Shown in pieces: positions 1 through 8,692 of a stretch of 54,075 bases of DNA. The position numbers were made by a program, and so were the translations under genes. The stretch is from an uncultured bacterium (GTDB lineage: Bacteria; Krumholzibacteriota; Krumholzibacteriia; Krumholzibacteriales; Krumholzibacteriaceae), in assembly GCA_965371515.1 (NCBI GenBank), contig CBDUYR010000017.1:1-54075 (forward strand), written 5' to 3'. Numbering within the stretch: position 1 is the stretch's first letter; each line of letters starts with the position of its first letter. The notes under the pieces were generated by a model that saw nothing but the letters and a program-made list of their open reading frames with translations, did no database searches and was not told the origin of the DNA.

Positions 1-1425
1 ACTATGCCTATGTCGCGGACTCTGAATCCGGCCTTCATGTAATAGACATAAGCACACCCGGATCGCCCGTGATCGTCGGATCTGCCGATACACCGGGCAG
101 CGCCTGGAGCGTTGACGTTTCGGGAGATCATGCCTATGTAGCCGACAATGATGCCGGTCTGCAGGTAATAGATATCAGCACACCCGGATCGCCCGTGATC
201 ATCGGATCTGCCGATACACCGGGCTACGCCCGGGGCTTAACCGTCTCGGGAAATTTCGCCTATGTAGCGGATAGCAATTCCGGTCTTCAGGTAATAGACA
301 TAAGCACACCCGGATCGCCCGTGATCGTCGGATCTGTCGATACGGACTACGCCCGTGGCGTAACTGTCTCGGGAAATATTGCCTATGTAACGGACGGTCA
401 TTCCGGTCTTCAGGTAATCGACATAAGCACGCCCGGATCGCCCGTGGTCGTGGGATCTGTCGGTACACCGGATAATGCCCGGGGCGTAACCGTCTCGGGA
501 GACTATGCCTATATTGCGAACTCTGAATCCGGCCTTCAGGTAATAGATATCAGCACACCCGAATCGCCAGCGATCGTCGGATCTGCCGATACACCGGGCA
601 CCGCCCTGGGCTTAACCGTCTCGGGAGATTTCGCCTATGTAGCGGACGCCTCTTACGGTCTTCAGGTAATAGACATAAGCACGCCCGGATCGCCCGTGAT
701 CGTCGGATCTGTCGATACGGACTTCGCCCGTGGCGTAACCGTCGCGGGAGACTATGCGTATGTAGCGGATCGCAATTACGGTCTCCAGGTAGTCGACATA
801 AGCGCGCCCGGATCGCCCGCGATAGTCGGATCTGTAGACACGCAAGGCGATGCACGCGGAGTGGCCGTCTCGGGAGACTATGCCTATGTCGCGGACTCTG
901 AATCCGGCCTTCATGTAATAGACATAAGCACGCCCGGATCGCCCGTGGTCGTGGGATCTGTCGGTACACCGGATGAAGCCCTGGGCGTGGCCGTCTCGGG
1001 AGATCATGCCTATGTAGCGGCATATTTTTCCGGTCTTCAGGTAATCGATATAAGCACTCCCGAAACGCCTGTGATCGTGGGATCTGCCGATACACCGGGC
1101 TACGCCCTGGGCATAACGATCTCGGGAAATCTTGTCTATGTAGCCGACGGCGTTTCCGGTCTTCAGGTGATTGACATCAGCACTCCCGGAACGCCTGTGA
1201 TCGTAGGATCTGCCGACACACCGAGCTACGCCACCGGTATCGCCGTCTCGGGAGACTATGCCTATGTAGCGGACCAATCTTCCGGTCTTCAGGTGATAGA
1301 CATAAGCACGCCAGGATATCCTGTGATCCTGGGATCTTGTAGAACATCGGAATTCGCTAGGGGCGTATCCGTCTCTGGAGATTATATCTATATAGCGGCC
1401 AGCAATTCCGGTCTTCAGATTCTGA
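1..1425 (+). repeat. Intragenic tandem repeat, ~123-126 bp unit
   Basis: Recurrent ggtcttcaggtaatagacataagcac / ccggatcgcccgtg; 1-55 is identical to 877-931; 281-364 vs 656-739 has 2 mismatches in 84 bp. Confidence 0.95.
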
Positions 1426-1445
1426 AACGGCAGTGTGATCGTTGA
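3..1445 (+). CDS. LVIVD-repeat beta-propeller protein (5' truncated by window edge)
   Basis: Frame is open from position 3; about 12 tandem 41-42 aa repeats of the form V.VSG.YAYVAD..SGLQVIDISTPGSPVIVGS.DT. Confidence 0.9.
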   Translation, partial: YAYVADSESGLHVIDISTPGSPVIVGSADTPGSAWSVDVSGDHAYVADNDAGLQVIDISTPGSPVIIGSADTPGYARGLTVSGNFAYVADSNSGLQVIDISTPGSPVIVGSVDTDYARGVTVSGNIAYVTDGHSGLQVIDISTPGSPVVVGSVGTPDNARGVTVSGDYAYIANSESGLQVIDISTPESPAIVGSADTPGTALGLTVSGDFAYVADASYGLQVIDISTPGSPVIVGSVDTDFARGVTVAGDYAYVADRNYGLQVVDISAPGSPAIVGSVDTQGDARGVAVSGDYAYVADSESGLHVIDISTPGSPVVVGSVGTPDEALGVAVSGDHAYVAAYFSGLQVIDISTPETPVIVGSADTPGYALGITISGNLVYVADGVSGLQVIDISTPGTPVIVGSADTPSYATGIAVSGDYAYVADQSSGLQVIDISTPGYPVILGSCRTSEFARGVSVSGDYIYIAASNSGLQILKRQCDR

Positions 1446-1458
1446 GAAGACCGTAAAT

Positions 1459-1491
1459 GAATTGGCTCCCCATAGTGGACAGCTTTAGAAC
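1459..1491. other. att-like site resembling the reverse complement of a tRNA 3' end (copy A)
   Basis: gaattggctccccatagtggacagctttagaac; TGGCTCCCC is the reverse complement of GGGGAGCCA; imperfect direct repeat with 2739-2760. Confidence 0.4.
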
Positions 1492-1666
1492 AGGACCTGT
1501 ATTTGTCCGGATGGCGGCGGAGCAGGATGTGAATACGGCTACTAATAAGCAGAGGGATACGCTGAGCAGACAGCCGTATTTTGGGAAGACATTGAACAGG
1601 AATCCACGCTGATATAAAGATATTAGTTGGCTGGATCAGGTCGATTTCGATAGCCTGCGTGCTTGC

Positions 1667-2551
1667 TCACCGCGAAGATGCCGGGGAAGGGCTGGCGAAA
1701 TTCGAACCGAGCTTCTTGAGCCCTTCTTTCAGCATCTTTTCCGCCTCTTTATCTCTTACTCTCTGGCTTTTCGCCCCGAGCACGACCGCGATGGCCCTGT
1801 GATCTTCATCGACCGCGGTAACCGCGATGGAAAATCCGGCTGCCCAGAAAAATCCGGTCTTGAGCCCGTCACATCCCTCCATCGTTTTGAGCAGATTGTT
1901 GTGGTTCTCCATGAGGAAGGGCTCGGCCGCCTCCGTCCTGAAGGGACGCCGCCAGGTGGATGTATATCTCAACGCATCGGGCTTCTTCAGAAGCTCACGG
2001 CACAGCTTCGCGATATCACGCGGAGAGGAGACGTCGGGCAGCTGCCCCCTGCCCGGGGGGAGACCGTGCACCGAGTGGAAGACCGTATCCTTCATCCCTA
2101 TCGTTTGCGCGCGCTTGTTCATCAGACCTACGAATACTTCTTTGCTGCCCATATAATGTATCGCGAGCGCCACAGCCGCGTCATTCGCCGACTGGACCAT
2201 CAGCGCATACAGCATCTCATCGACGGAAAACACTTCATTATCCTTCAGGTATACTTGGGATCCGCCGATCGTGGATGACTTTGACGTCACCCTGACCGGG
2301 TCATGGAGAGTCAGGTGGTCGGCGTCGACCGCATCAAGGATCAGGAGCAGCACCATCAGTTTCGTGACGCTTGCCGGGTAAGCCCTGGCATCGGGCTCAT
2401 CCTCGAAAAGCACATCTCCGGACGCCGCATCGATCACTATGGCGCCCGCATAAGGATCCCTTGACATAATATCCATTGATGCCGCTGAGCCTGAAACGCA
2501 TGCCAGCGCCAGAATGACACCTGTAGTGAGCAGTGTCCTGTTCAGTTTCAT
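1667..2551 (-). CDS. dacA: D-alanyl-D-alanine carboxypeptidase (peptidase S11)
   Basis: Signal peptide; SxxK (ASVTK), SxN (SAN) and KTG motifs; HSVHGLP. Confidence 0.9.
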   Translation of the reverse strand: MKLNRTLLTTGVILALACVSGSAASMDIMSRDPYAGAIVIDAASGDVLFEDEPDARAYPASVTKLMVLLLILDAVDADHLTLHDPVRVTSKSSTIGGSQVYLKDNEVFSVDEMLYALMVQSANDAAVALAIHYMGSKEVFVGLMNKRAQTIGMKDTVFHSVHGLPPGRGQLPDVSSPRDIAKLCRELLKKPDALRYTSTWRRPFRTEAAEPFLMENHNNLLKTMEGCDGLKTGFFWAAGFSIAVTAVDEDHRAIAVVLGAKSQRVRDKEAEKMLKEGLKKLGSNFASPSPASSR

Positions 2552-2738
2552 GGATCTTTCCTTTATTCCTCAGTCCGGCGCACTGTAAACCGGCGAAAGT
2601 ATATGATACGGCCTCATCGAGCGTCAATGATTAGCTCTCTGACGCGCGGGCACAGCTCTATGCCGGGGATGATAGCGAGGGCAGCCGGCAGATATCGGAT
2701 CACTACTGGGGGGGCGCTGTTCAAAGGATCCATATATA

Positions 2739-2766
2739 GAATTGACTCCCCAGGCAGGACTTGAAC
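2739..2766 (-). pseudogene. tRNA 3'-end fragment, tRNA-Asn-like (att-like copy B)
   Basis: Minus strand reads GTTCAAGTCCTGCCTGGGGAGTCA, i.e. T-loop, T-stem and acceptor 3' strand with CCA changed to TCA; no 5' half found upstream. Confidence 0.5.
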
Positions 2767-3079
2767 TGGCAAGAATCCCTGCACCACCGGTCCGCCTGCT
2801 TCCAGGCGGAAGCCTCCAATAAAGCCGAATGAATGTTTTGATCTTATGCCGGAGTGCATGCAGACGCTCATATGCCTGTGTACATAGAGCTGGTTCTGCC
2901 TTTCAACCTCCTGAATATTAATTAGTTACCCGCCCTGCCCCCATATCCTGGTCAAATCAGCTCCCGTACGAGAACGCCCAGATACTGATTGGCACATCTC
3001 TTGTATTCATCACGTCTTACAGGGCCGGATAGCGTTCCGGGCCGACGGAGTCTGTTCGGGACTGTGAAAGGCGTGTGGA

Positions 3080-4219
3080 ATGACCAAGATAATCGAATTG
3101 CGCCGCGGAAGCGGCGATGGAGCAGGCGCGAGCCTGTACGATAGAGCTTCGACACTGGTGGCACAGGGGAGGCTGGAAGAGGCGGAAGGACTTATCCTTG
3201 AAGGCAGACAGCTCGAGCCCGTCAATGCCGACTTCGCCAATCTCGATGGTCTGTTGCGGCTCAGGAAGGGCGACTGCACCGGCGCGGCGGAGAGGTTCAC
3301 CGAGGCAGTGCTGATCGACGAGAGCAGGACTGACCTGCGCAACAACCTGGGCACCGCCCTTCTGGAGGCCGGAAGGATCAGGGAAGCGGCCGACGCCATA
3401 GCGGGCGGGCTGTCGATCGATGGAAACAATGTCAATCTTCTCAGGAACGCCGCTGCCACCGCGATAGTCCTCGGTGATACCGACATGGCGGTCGAGCTGG
3501 CCTGCAGGGCCGTAAGGGAGGAGCCGTACGAGGCGGGCAGCCACGTGGTGCTGGCCGAGACGCTGCTGCGATCCGGTGACAGCGAGGCGGCCGCTGAGGC
3601 CCTCGGGAGGATCAGGTTCCTCGAGGGGACGCCGATGAAGGTGCTCCTGAAGGCTGTTCACCTCTATATCAGGATGGACATGCTCGAAGAGGCGCAGGGC
3701 GTTGTATACACTGCCCTTGAGAGCGACCCGTTCAACTCCAGGCTGATGCTCCTGCTCGGCAAGGTCCTCGAGATGCGCGACGATCTCGACGAGGCGAAGC
3801 ACGTCTACGTCACCATACTCTCCCGCGATCAGTCGAACGTCGACGCGAGGAACGGCCTCGGCTGTGTCCTCGAGAGGAAGGGCGAATATATCGAGGCCCT
3901 CGAGCATTTCATGGAGGCTCACAGGCTGGAGCCATCGAACGAACAGATCGAGACCAACCTCGGCATAGTGCTCGACAAGCTCGACATGGACGACGAGGCC
4001 GAGCGCCATCTTGCCCGCGTGATGGAAAGGGCTCCCGGTTTTGGAGTTGCCTTTAATGCGATGGGCTGTTTCCTTTCGAGAAGGGGAAAGTACATCGAGG
4101 CCGCTGATATCTTTACGACGGCCATCGAACTGGAGCCCGATAACGACAGATACCGCCGCAACCTCGAACTGGCGCAGAGTATGATCGCCGCGACAGGACT
4201 GCAGGAGAGCAGACTCTAA
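3080..4219 (+). CDS. Tetratricopeptide repeat protein
   Basis: Multiple TPR motifs (NNLGTAL, NGLGCVL..G...EA, NLGIVL, LEPDN..Y..NL). Confidence 0.9.
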   Translation: MTKIIELRRGSGDGAGASLYDRASTLVAQGRLEEAEGLILEGRQLEPVNADFANLDGLLRLRKGDCTGAAERFTEAVLIDESRTDLRNNLGTALLEAGRIREAADAIAGGLSIDGNNVNLLRNAAATAIVLGDTDMAVELACRAVREEPYEAGSHVVLAETLLRSGDSEAAAEALGRIRFLEGTPMKVLLKAVHLYIRMDMLEEAQGVVYTALESDPFNSRLMLLLGKVLEMRDDLDEAKHVYVTILSRDQSNVDARNGLGCVLERKGEYIEALEHFMEAHRLEPSNEQIETNLGIVLDKLDMDDEAERHLARVMERAPGFGVAFNAMGCFLSRRGKYIEAADIFTTAIELEPDNDRYRRNLELAQSMIAATGLQESRL

Positions 4220-4225
4220 AAATCA

Positions 4226-4254
4226 TTCCCATACAGAGAAATCTCGATTATAAT
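4226..4254 (+). promoter_or_regulatory. sigma70-like promoter
   Basis: TTCCCA-N17-TATAAT upstream of the 4316 gene. Confidence 0.5.
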
Positions 4255-4315
4255 CCTTATAGAGGGTGCCGCCGCGGAAGGGCGCGACTGTACCCTTGAA
4301 AGGTGGCCTGTCGAT

Positions 4316-5164
4316 ATGAATGTCAAGAAGAAGACTCGTTCCAACGTCATAGCGCTTCTTACAGATTTCAGCTGGCACAACTGGTATCTCGGCGTCATGA
4401 AGGGCGTGATCCTCGGTATCAATCCCGATGTGAGGATCATGGATCTCTGTCACGATGTCTCGAGCCAGGATGTGCGAGAGGGAAGCTTCGTGCTCGGTAA
4501 CAGCTTCGAATATTTTCCTCCCGGGACGGTGTTTCTCTGTGTCGTCGACCCGGGCGTCGGAGGCGACAGGCGCAATCTCATCGTCGAGACGGACAAGTAT
4601 TATTTTGTAGGTCCGGACAACGGTATACTGAGTTGCGTGTTCGAGAAGGGAATAGTGAAAAAGGTCTACGCGGTCAAACCTGGGGAATACACCCTGCCGC
4701 TTCACGGCAGGACCTTTCTCGGCAGGGATATCTTCGCTCCGATAGCGACCCATCTCACGCTCGGAACCAAGCCCTCCGAGATGGGTGAAACGGTCGATTC
4801 GGTCCTGACAGTTCCCGCGCTGAAGCCGCATGTCAACAAGAAGGGCGAGGTCTCGGGAAGGGCCGTTTATATCGATACATTCGGGAATATAATCACGAAT
4901 ATCAGGGAGCAGTACCTGTTGGATGAGTTCGGCAAGAAAACCGACTGGGACGATGTGACCGTCTGTGTCGGAAAGAGGCGGACCAAGGGAGTGAAGAGAT
5001 ATTACGAGCAGGGTAAGCTCGGGAAGCTGATGGCGCTCTTTGATTCCTGGGGATACCTCGAGCTGGCGGTCAATATGGGGAACGCATTCAGTTTCCTCGG
5101 CCTGACCGAGAAGAAATCCCTCGAAGTGTTCGTTTCCGCCCCCGGCGGCCCGAAAAGGAAGTAA
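4316..5164 (+). CDS. SAM hydroxide adenosyltransferase / SAM-dependent chlorinase-fluorinase family (DUF62)
   Basis: LLTDF...MKG, VVDPGVG..R, GPDNG, TF.GRDIFAP, YIDTFGNIITNI, GYLELAVN. Confidence 0.92.
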   Translation: MNVKKKTRSNVIALLTDFSWHNWYLGVMKGVILGINPDVRIMDLCHDVSSQDVREGSFVLGNSFEYFPPGTVFLCVVDPGVGGDRRNLIVETDKYYFVGPDNGILSCVFEKGIVKKVYAVKPGEYTLPLHGRTFLGRDIFAPIATHLTLGTKPSEMGETVDSVLTVPALKPHVNKKGEVSGRAVYIDTFGNIITNIREQYLLDEFGKKTDWDDVTVCVGKRRTKGVKRYYEQGKLGKLMALFDSWGYLELAVNMGNAFSFLGLTEKKSLEVFVSAPGGPKRK

Positions 5165-5925
5165 TGGTCCTGCGGCTGACAGTTCTGGGATCGGGCACGA
5201 TAGTGCCGTCGCAGGTCAGGCGTGCCACGTCCCTGCTCCTCGAGGGCGGCGGTGAGGACATCCTGATCGACTGCGGCCCCGGTGCGCTGCAGGCGCTCGA
5301 GGACGCCGGGAAATCGTACCGGAACCTGCACAGGATCCTTCTGACACATTTTCATCCGGACCATACGCTAGGCCTGGGAAGGCTCTTTTCAGCGATAAAG
5401 AACGATATGGCCGTGACCGGGCAGCACTGGATCGTGATATACGGGCCGGAGGGCATAGAGCGGTTCGTCTCGGGATGGGATGATCTGTACGGCGGCATCG
5501 TGCCCGGCGACGATACGCTCAATCTCGTCATGATGGAGCCGGGATACGAGATCGATATCGGCGACATGCTGATCACGGCCGGCCCCGCCGAGCACGGCGG
5601 GAGGCCCGCCCTCGCATACAGGATCGACAGGGCGGGCAGGAGCATAGTATATACGGGAGACACGTCGCGCTCCGAACGACTTGACCGGTTCGCGGCAGGA
5701 GCCGATCTGCTGGTCTCCGAGTGCTCTTTCCCGGACGAATCGCCCGCCGAGGGGCACATGACCCCCTCAATGGTGGGAGAGATGGCGGCGTCGGCGGGAG
5801 CCGGCGAGGTGCTGCTTGTGCATATGTACCCGTTCTTCGGCGAGACCGATCCGGCCGCCGAAGTAAGGAGAAAATTCAGGGGCAAGGTGACGACCGGCAG
5901 GGACGGTATGGTCATCGAGGTTTGA
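5164..5925 (+). CDS. Metallo-beta-lactamase fold hydrolase (RNase Z/BN-like)
   Basis: LGSG, IDCGPG, THFHPDH, YTGDT, GH, LVH. Confidence 0.85.
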   Translation: MVLRLTVLGSGTIVPSQVRRATSLLLEGGGEDILIDCGPGALQALEDAGKSYRNLHRILLTHFHPDHTLGLGRLFSAIKNDMAVTGQHWIVIYGPEGIERFVSGWDDLYGGIVPGDDTLNLVMMEPGYEIDIGDMLITAGPAEHGGRPALAYRIDRAGRSIVYTGDTSRSERLDRFAAGADLLVSECSFPDESPAEGHMTPSMVGEMAASAGAGEVLLVHMYPFFGETDPAAEVRRKFRGKVTTGRDGMVIEV

Positions 5926-6722
5926 TGGAGGCATTGTTGAGAAGGTCTGCAGCAGTCGCCGTCCTGATGGTTCTGGCGCTGACCGCCGCCGGAGAGGCGG
6001 ATGCGTACAGGCTCATCGAGCACAGGGAATGGAATCTCCCGGCGGAAGGCCGTTCACGATTCACTGTAAGGAATGTTGGCGGCTCGATCGAAGTGGCCGG
6101 CTGGGAACGAGACGAGATAGAGATATACGCTACTATCAGGATACGGGCCGCCAGCAAGGACAAGGCGAAGAAGATCTACAGGAAAATCGAATTCGAGGTC
6201 GTCCACGATCCGGGAAACATATCGATAAAGGCGCACGTACCTGAATACAGGAAGGACAGTATGTCCGGGGAGGGAAATACCGCCGTCTGGGTAGATTACT
6301 CGATTCGGGTCCCATATACTGTCGATCTCGATGTACGGTCGGTAACCGGCGACATCGGCGTTGTCCAGGTCGGGGGTACTTTCCGCGTCGTCAGCGAACG
6401 CGGCTCGATCGACATGTTCTCGAGAGGGGGCGAGGGCGTCCTGAAGACCGGGAACGGTGATATCGGATGCGAGCTGGCCTTTCTTCCCGCGGGCGGAAAG
6501 CTTTGGCTCAAAACCGGCAATGGGGACCTGTCGCTCGGTATCCCGCCTGAAACGAGCGCGGTGCTCATGGCGAGGACGCGCAGCGGCAGGGTCAGGGTCG
6601 GTCTCGATATGACCGATATCGATAAACAGAAGAGAAAGGTCCTAGAGGGAGTGCTGGGAGGCGGTGACGGGAAGATAGTGCTGGAGTCGGCGAATGGTGA
6701 TGTTACAATAAAAGAGTTGTGA
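5925..6722 (+). CDS. DUF4097 / adhesin-like beta-strand repeat secreted protein
   Basis: Start re-called at the ATG overlapping the previous stop (TGATG); signal peptide; repeated SxxGDI / TGNGDI / SANGDV. Confidence 0.8.
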   Translation: MEALLRRSAAVAVLMVLALTAAGEADAYRLIEHREWNLPAEGRSRFTVRNVGGSIEVAGWERDEIEIYATIRIRAASKDKAKKIYRKIEFEVVHDPGNISIKAHVPEYRKDSMSGEGNTAVWVDYSIRVPYTVDLDVRSVTGDIGVVQVGGTFRVVSERGSIDMFSRGGEGVLKTGNGDIGCELAFLPAGGKLWLKTGNGDLSLGIPPETSAVLMARTRSGRVRVGLDMTDIDKQKRKVLEGVLGGGDGKIVLESANGDVTIKEL

Positions 6723-6766
6723 GTTGGCAAGCCCGTTCCAGGGCGTTTCATGCGGAGGTTCTTGAT

Positions 6767-7195
6767 ATGGAAGACGACAAGAAACACACAACTTCGATAC
6801 CGCCCGGAATGGCGGCGGCGGCGGCATATCTTTTCCCCGTAATCGGTGGACTTGTGATGCTCGCCATCGAGAAAGAGGACCGTTTCGTGAGGTTCCACGC
6901 GGCACAGTCGATCGTGTTCTGGGTCATAGCGATCCCGATCGGGCTGCTCTCGATGATTCCGGGCATCGGCATCCTGTTCTCTCTGGCCTTTTTACTTGCC
7001 TGGATATTCCTCATGTATCAGGCATGGACGAACAAGGAGTTCGAGATCCCGTATCTCGGGGCAATAGCGAGAAAACAGGTGTTCGGGGAGGAAGATTCCG
7101 CCGATGTCGAGGAAAAGCCCGAGCCGGCGCCGGAAACCGCTCCTGAAGATGAAAAACCCGCAGGCGACGACGAAGAAGAAGCCCCTCGGGTATAA
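6767..7195 (+). CDS. DUF4870-like small membrane protein with acidic tail
   Basis: GGAGG RBS before ATG 6767; EKEDRFVRFHAAQSI, IPYLG; about 3 TM segments. Confidence 0.8.
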   Translation: MEDDKKHTTSIPPGMAAAAAYLFPVIGGLVMLAIEKEDRFVRFHAAQSIVFWVIAIPIGLLSMIPGIGILFSLAFLLAWIFLMYQAWTNKEFEIPYLGAIARKQVFGEEDSADVEEKPEPAPETAPEDEKPAGDDEEEAPRV

Positions 7196-7256
7196 GGAGT
7201 TACGGTTCGCATAGGTGATTATTCCATTTACCGGCGGCAGCCGACGGATTATATTG

Positions 7257-7285
7257 ATTGCACCCTTTCAGGGTGCAATTTTTTT
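7257..7285 (+). terminator. Rho-independent terminator
   Basis: attgcaccct-ttc-agggtgcaat followed by a T run. Confidence 0.85.
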
Positions 7286-7286
7286 A

Positions 7287-7312
7287 TGAATATCCTCATC
7301 GCCGGGGTTGTA
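7287..7312 (+). promoter_or_regulatory. Putative ECF-type autoregulatory promoter
   Basis: TGAATA-N16-TGTA (SigW-like spacing), 6 nt before the sigma ATG; no RBS. Confidence 0.35.
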
Positions 7313-7318
7313 TGACTC

Positions 7319-7912
7319 ATGATGGTAACGGACGGGACGGCGGACATTTCGAAGGAGACGCTGCAGGCCTGGAAGGAAGGCAGCGTCAAGGCGTTTGAAG
7401 AGGTCGTAAGGGGAGCCATGAGGCGAGCCTACGCAGTCGCCGTCGGCATTGTCGGAAATGCCGAGGATGCGCACGACCTCTCGCAGGAGGCGTTCATGGC
7501 GGCGCACAAGGCGAGAGCTACATTTGATGTCGAACGTCCCTTCTTCCCCTGGTTCTACCGTATCCTGAGGAACAGGTGCCTGAACTTCCTCAGGAAGAAG
7601 GCCGGCAGAAGGGAGGTCTCGATCGACGTGCTGATCGAGAAACCCGGCCGGTCCGAATCCCCCGAGAACTGTCTGATGAAAAAGGAACGGGCCGAAGCCC
7701 TCTGGCAGGCGATCCAGGAGCTCTCTCCCGAGCACAGGGAGATAATCATCCTCAGATCGTTCCAGGAGCTCTCGTACAGGGAGATAGCCGAGACCCTCGG
7801 CATATCCGAGGGGACTGTGATGTCCCGCCTGTACTACGCCCGCAAATCGCTGTACGGGAAACTGAAGGATATCTGCAGGGACCTGTACAGGGAAGGGGAT
7901 GATCAGCCGTGA
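7319..7912 (+). CDS. ECF RNA polymerase sigma factor
   Basis: DAHDLSQEAF, F..WFYRI..N, LSYREIAETLGISEGTVMSRL. Confidence 0.95.
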   Translation: MMVTDGTADISKETLQAWKEGSVKAFEEVVRGAMRRAYAVAVGIVGNAEDAHDLSQEAFMAAHKARATFDVERPFFPWFYRILRNRCLNFLRKKAGRREVSIDVLIEKPGRSESPENCLMKKERAEALWQAIQELSPEHREIIILRSFQELSYREIAETLGISEGTVMSRLYYARKSLYGKLKDICRDLYREGDDQP

Positions 7913-8343
7913 GCTGCAACAGGATGGAGACCGACGGCATGAGATACATCGACGGCGAGATGTCCACCGCTGAGAGGGCCGCGTTCGAGGAGCACCTCTC
8001 CTCGTGCGGTGAGTGCAGGCAGTCGATGGACGAACTTGGCAGTGTCGAGAGGCTGACCGGCATGATGAAGATCCGCGATCCTCAGGACGATTTCTGGGAA
8101 GCGTACTGGAAGAAGCTATTCCGGAGACTCGAGAGGAAGACCGGCTGGCTTCTGATGATAGCCGGTGCGGCGCTGATCGTACTTTACGCCCTCTGGAAGG
8201 GCGTGACCGACTTCGGCGAGATAACCTTTGTAAAGGTGGTCGCCCTACTTCTCGGCGCCGGATTCGTCATACTGCTGATATCGGTGATAAGGGAACGATT
8301 GCACCAGTACCGCACCGACCGGTACAAAGACATCGAAAGATAG
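7909..8343 (+). CDS. zf-HC2 anti-sigma factor with 2 TM helices
   Basis: HLSSCGEC (HxxxCxxC); overlaps the sigma stop codon. Confidence 0.9.
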   Translation: MSCNRMETDGMRYIDGEMSTAERAAFEEHLSSCGECRQSMDELGSVERLTGMMKIRDPQDDFWEAYWKKLFRRLERKTGWLLMIAGAALIVLYALWKGVTDFGEITFVKVVALLLGAGFVILLISVIRERLHQYRTDRYKDIER

Positions 8344-8362
8344 GCGGAACTTTGAAAGGGGA

Positions 8363-8692
8363 GTGATCGGAATGATGATCACGACTACGGATACGATAGC
8401 TGGAAAGAGGATAGTAAAGGTCGTCGGACTGGTCAGGGGAAACACGATCAGGGCGAGGCATATCGGACGGGACATACTAGCCGGTCTGAGAAACATCGCA
8501 GGCGGTGAGATAGTGGAATATACCAAGATGGTCGCAGAGTCGCGCGAACAGTCGCTCGACAGGATGATCGCGGAGGCGGAGGCGAAGGGAGCCAACGCGG
8601 TAGTCTGCCTCAGGTTCACGACAAACTCGATGATGGAGGGTGCTGCTGAGCTTCTTGCCTACGGCACGGGCGTCGTAGTGGAGGACGAATGA
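8363..8692 (+). CDS. YbjQ / UPF0145 family protein
   Basis: GLVRG...RARHIGRDILAGLRNIAGGEI.EYT, GANAVV, YGTGV; start may be 8372. Confidence 0.92.
   Translation: MIGMMITTTDTIAGKRIVKVVGLVRGNTIRARHIGRDILAGLRNIAGGEIVEYTKMVAESREQSLDRMIAEAEAKGANAVVCLRFTTNSMMEGAAELLAYGTGVVVEDE

Noticed and set aside
1..1445. Regularly spaced repeats as a CRISPR array or DGR target
   Set aside because: Repeats are in-frame coding units with no unique spacers; no cas or reverse transcriptase gene, and variation is not restricted to adenines
2614..2871. 85-aa minus-strand ORF, or a complete tRNA in this gap
   Set aside because: No RBS near the ATG and no recognisable motif; only a tRNA 3' fragment and a hairpin (2791-2810) are present, with no D or anticodon arm
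4255..4315. SAM-I riboswitch-like words (CTTAT-AGAG, GGG..ACTG..CCC.TGAAA) and a hairpin upstream of the SAM-cleaving enzyme
   Set aside because: Too short, and it lacks the GCAACC/GTGC core and the closing P1 strand; probably a plain 5' UTR hairpin. An Rfam scan would settle it.
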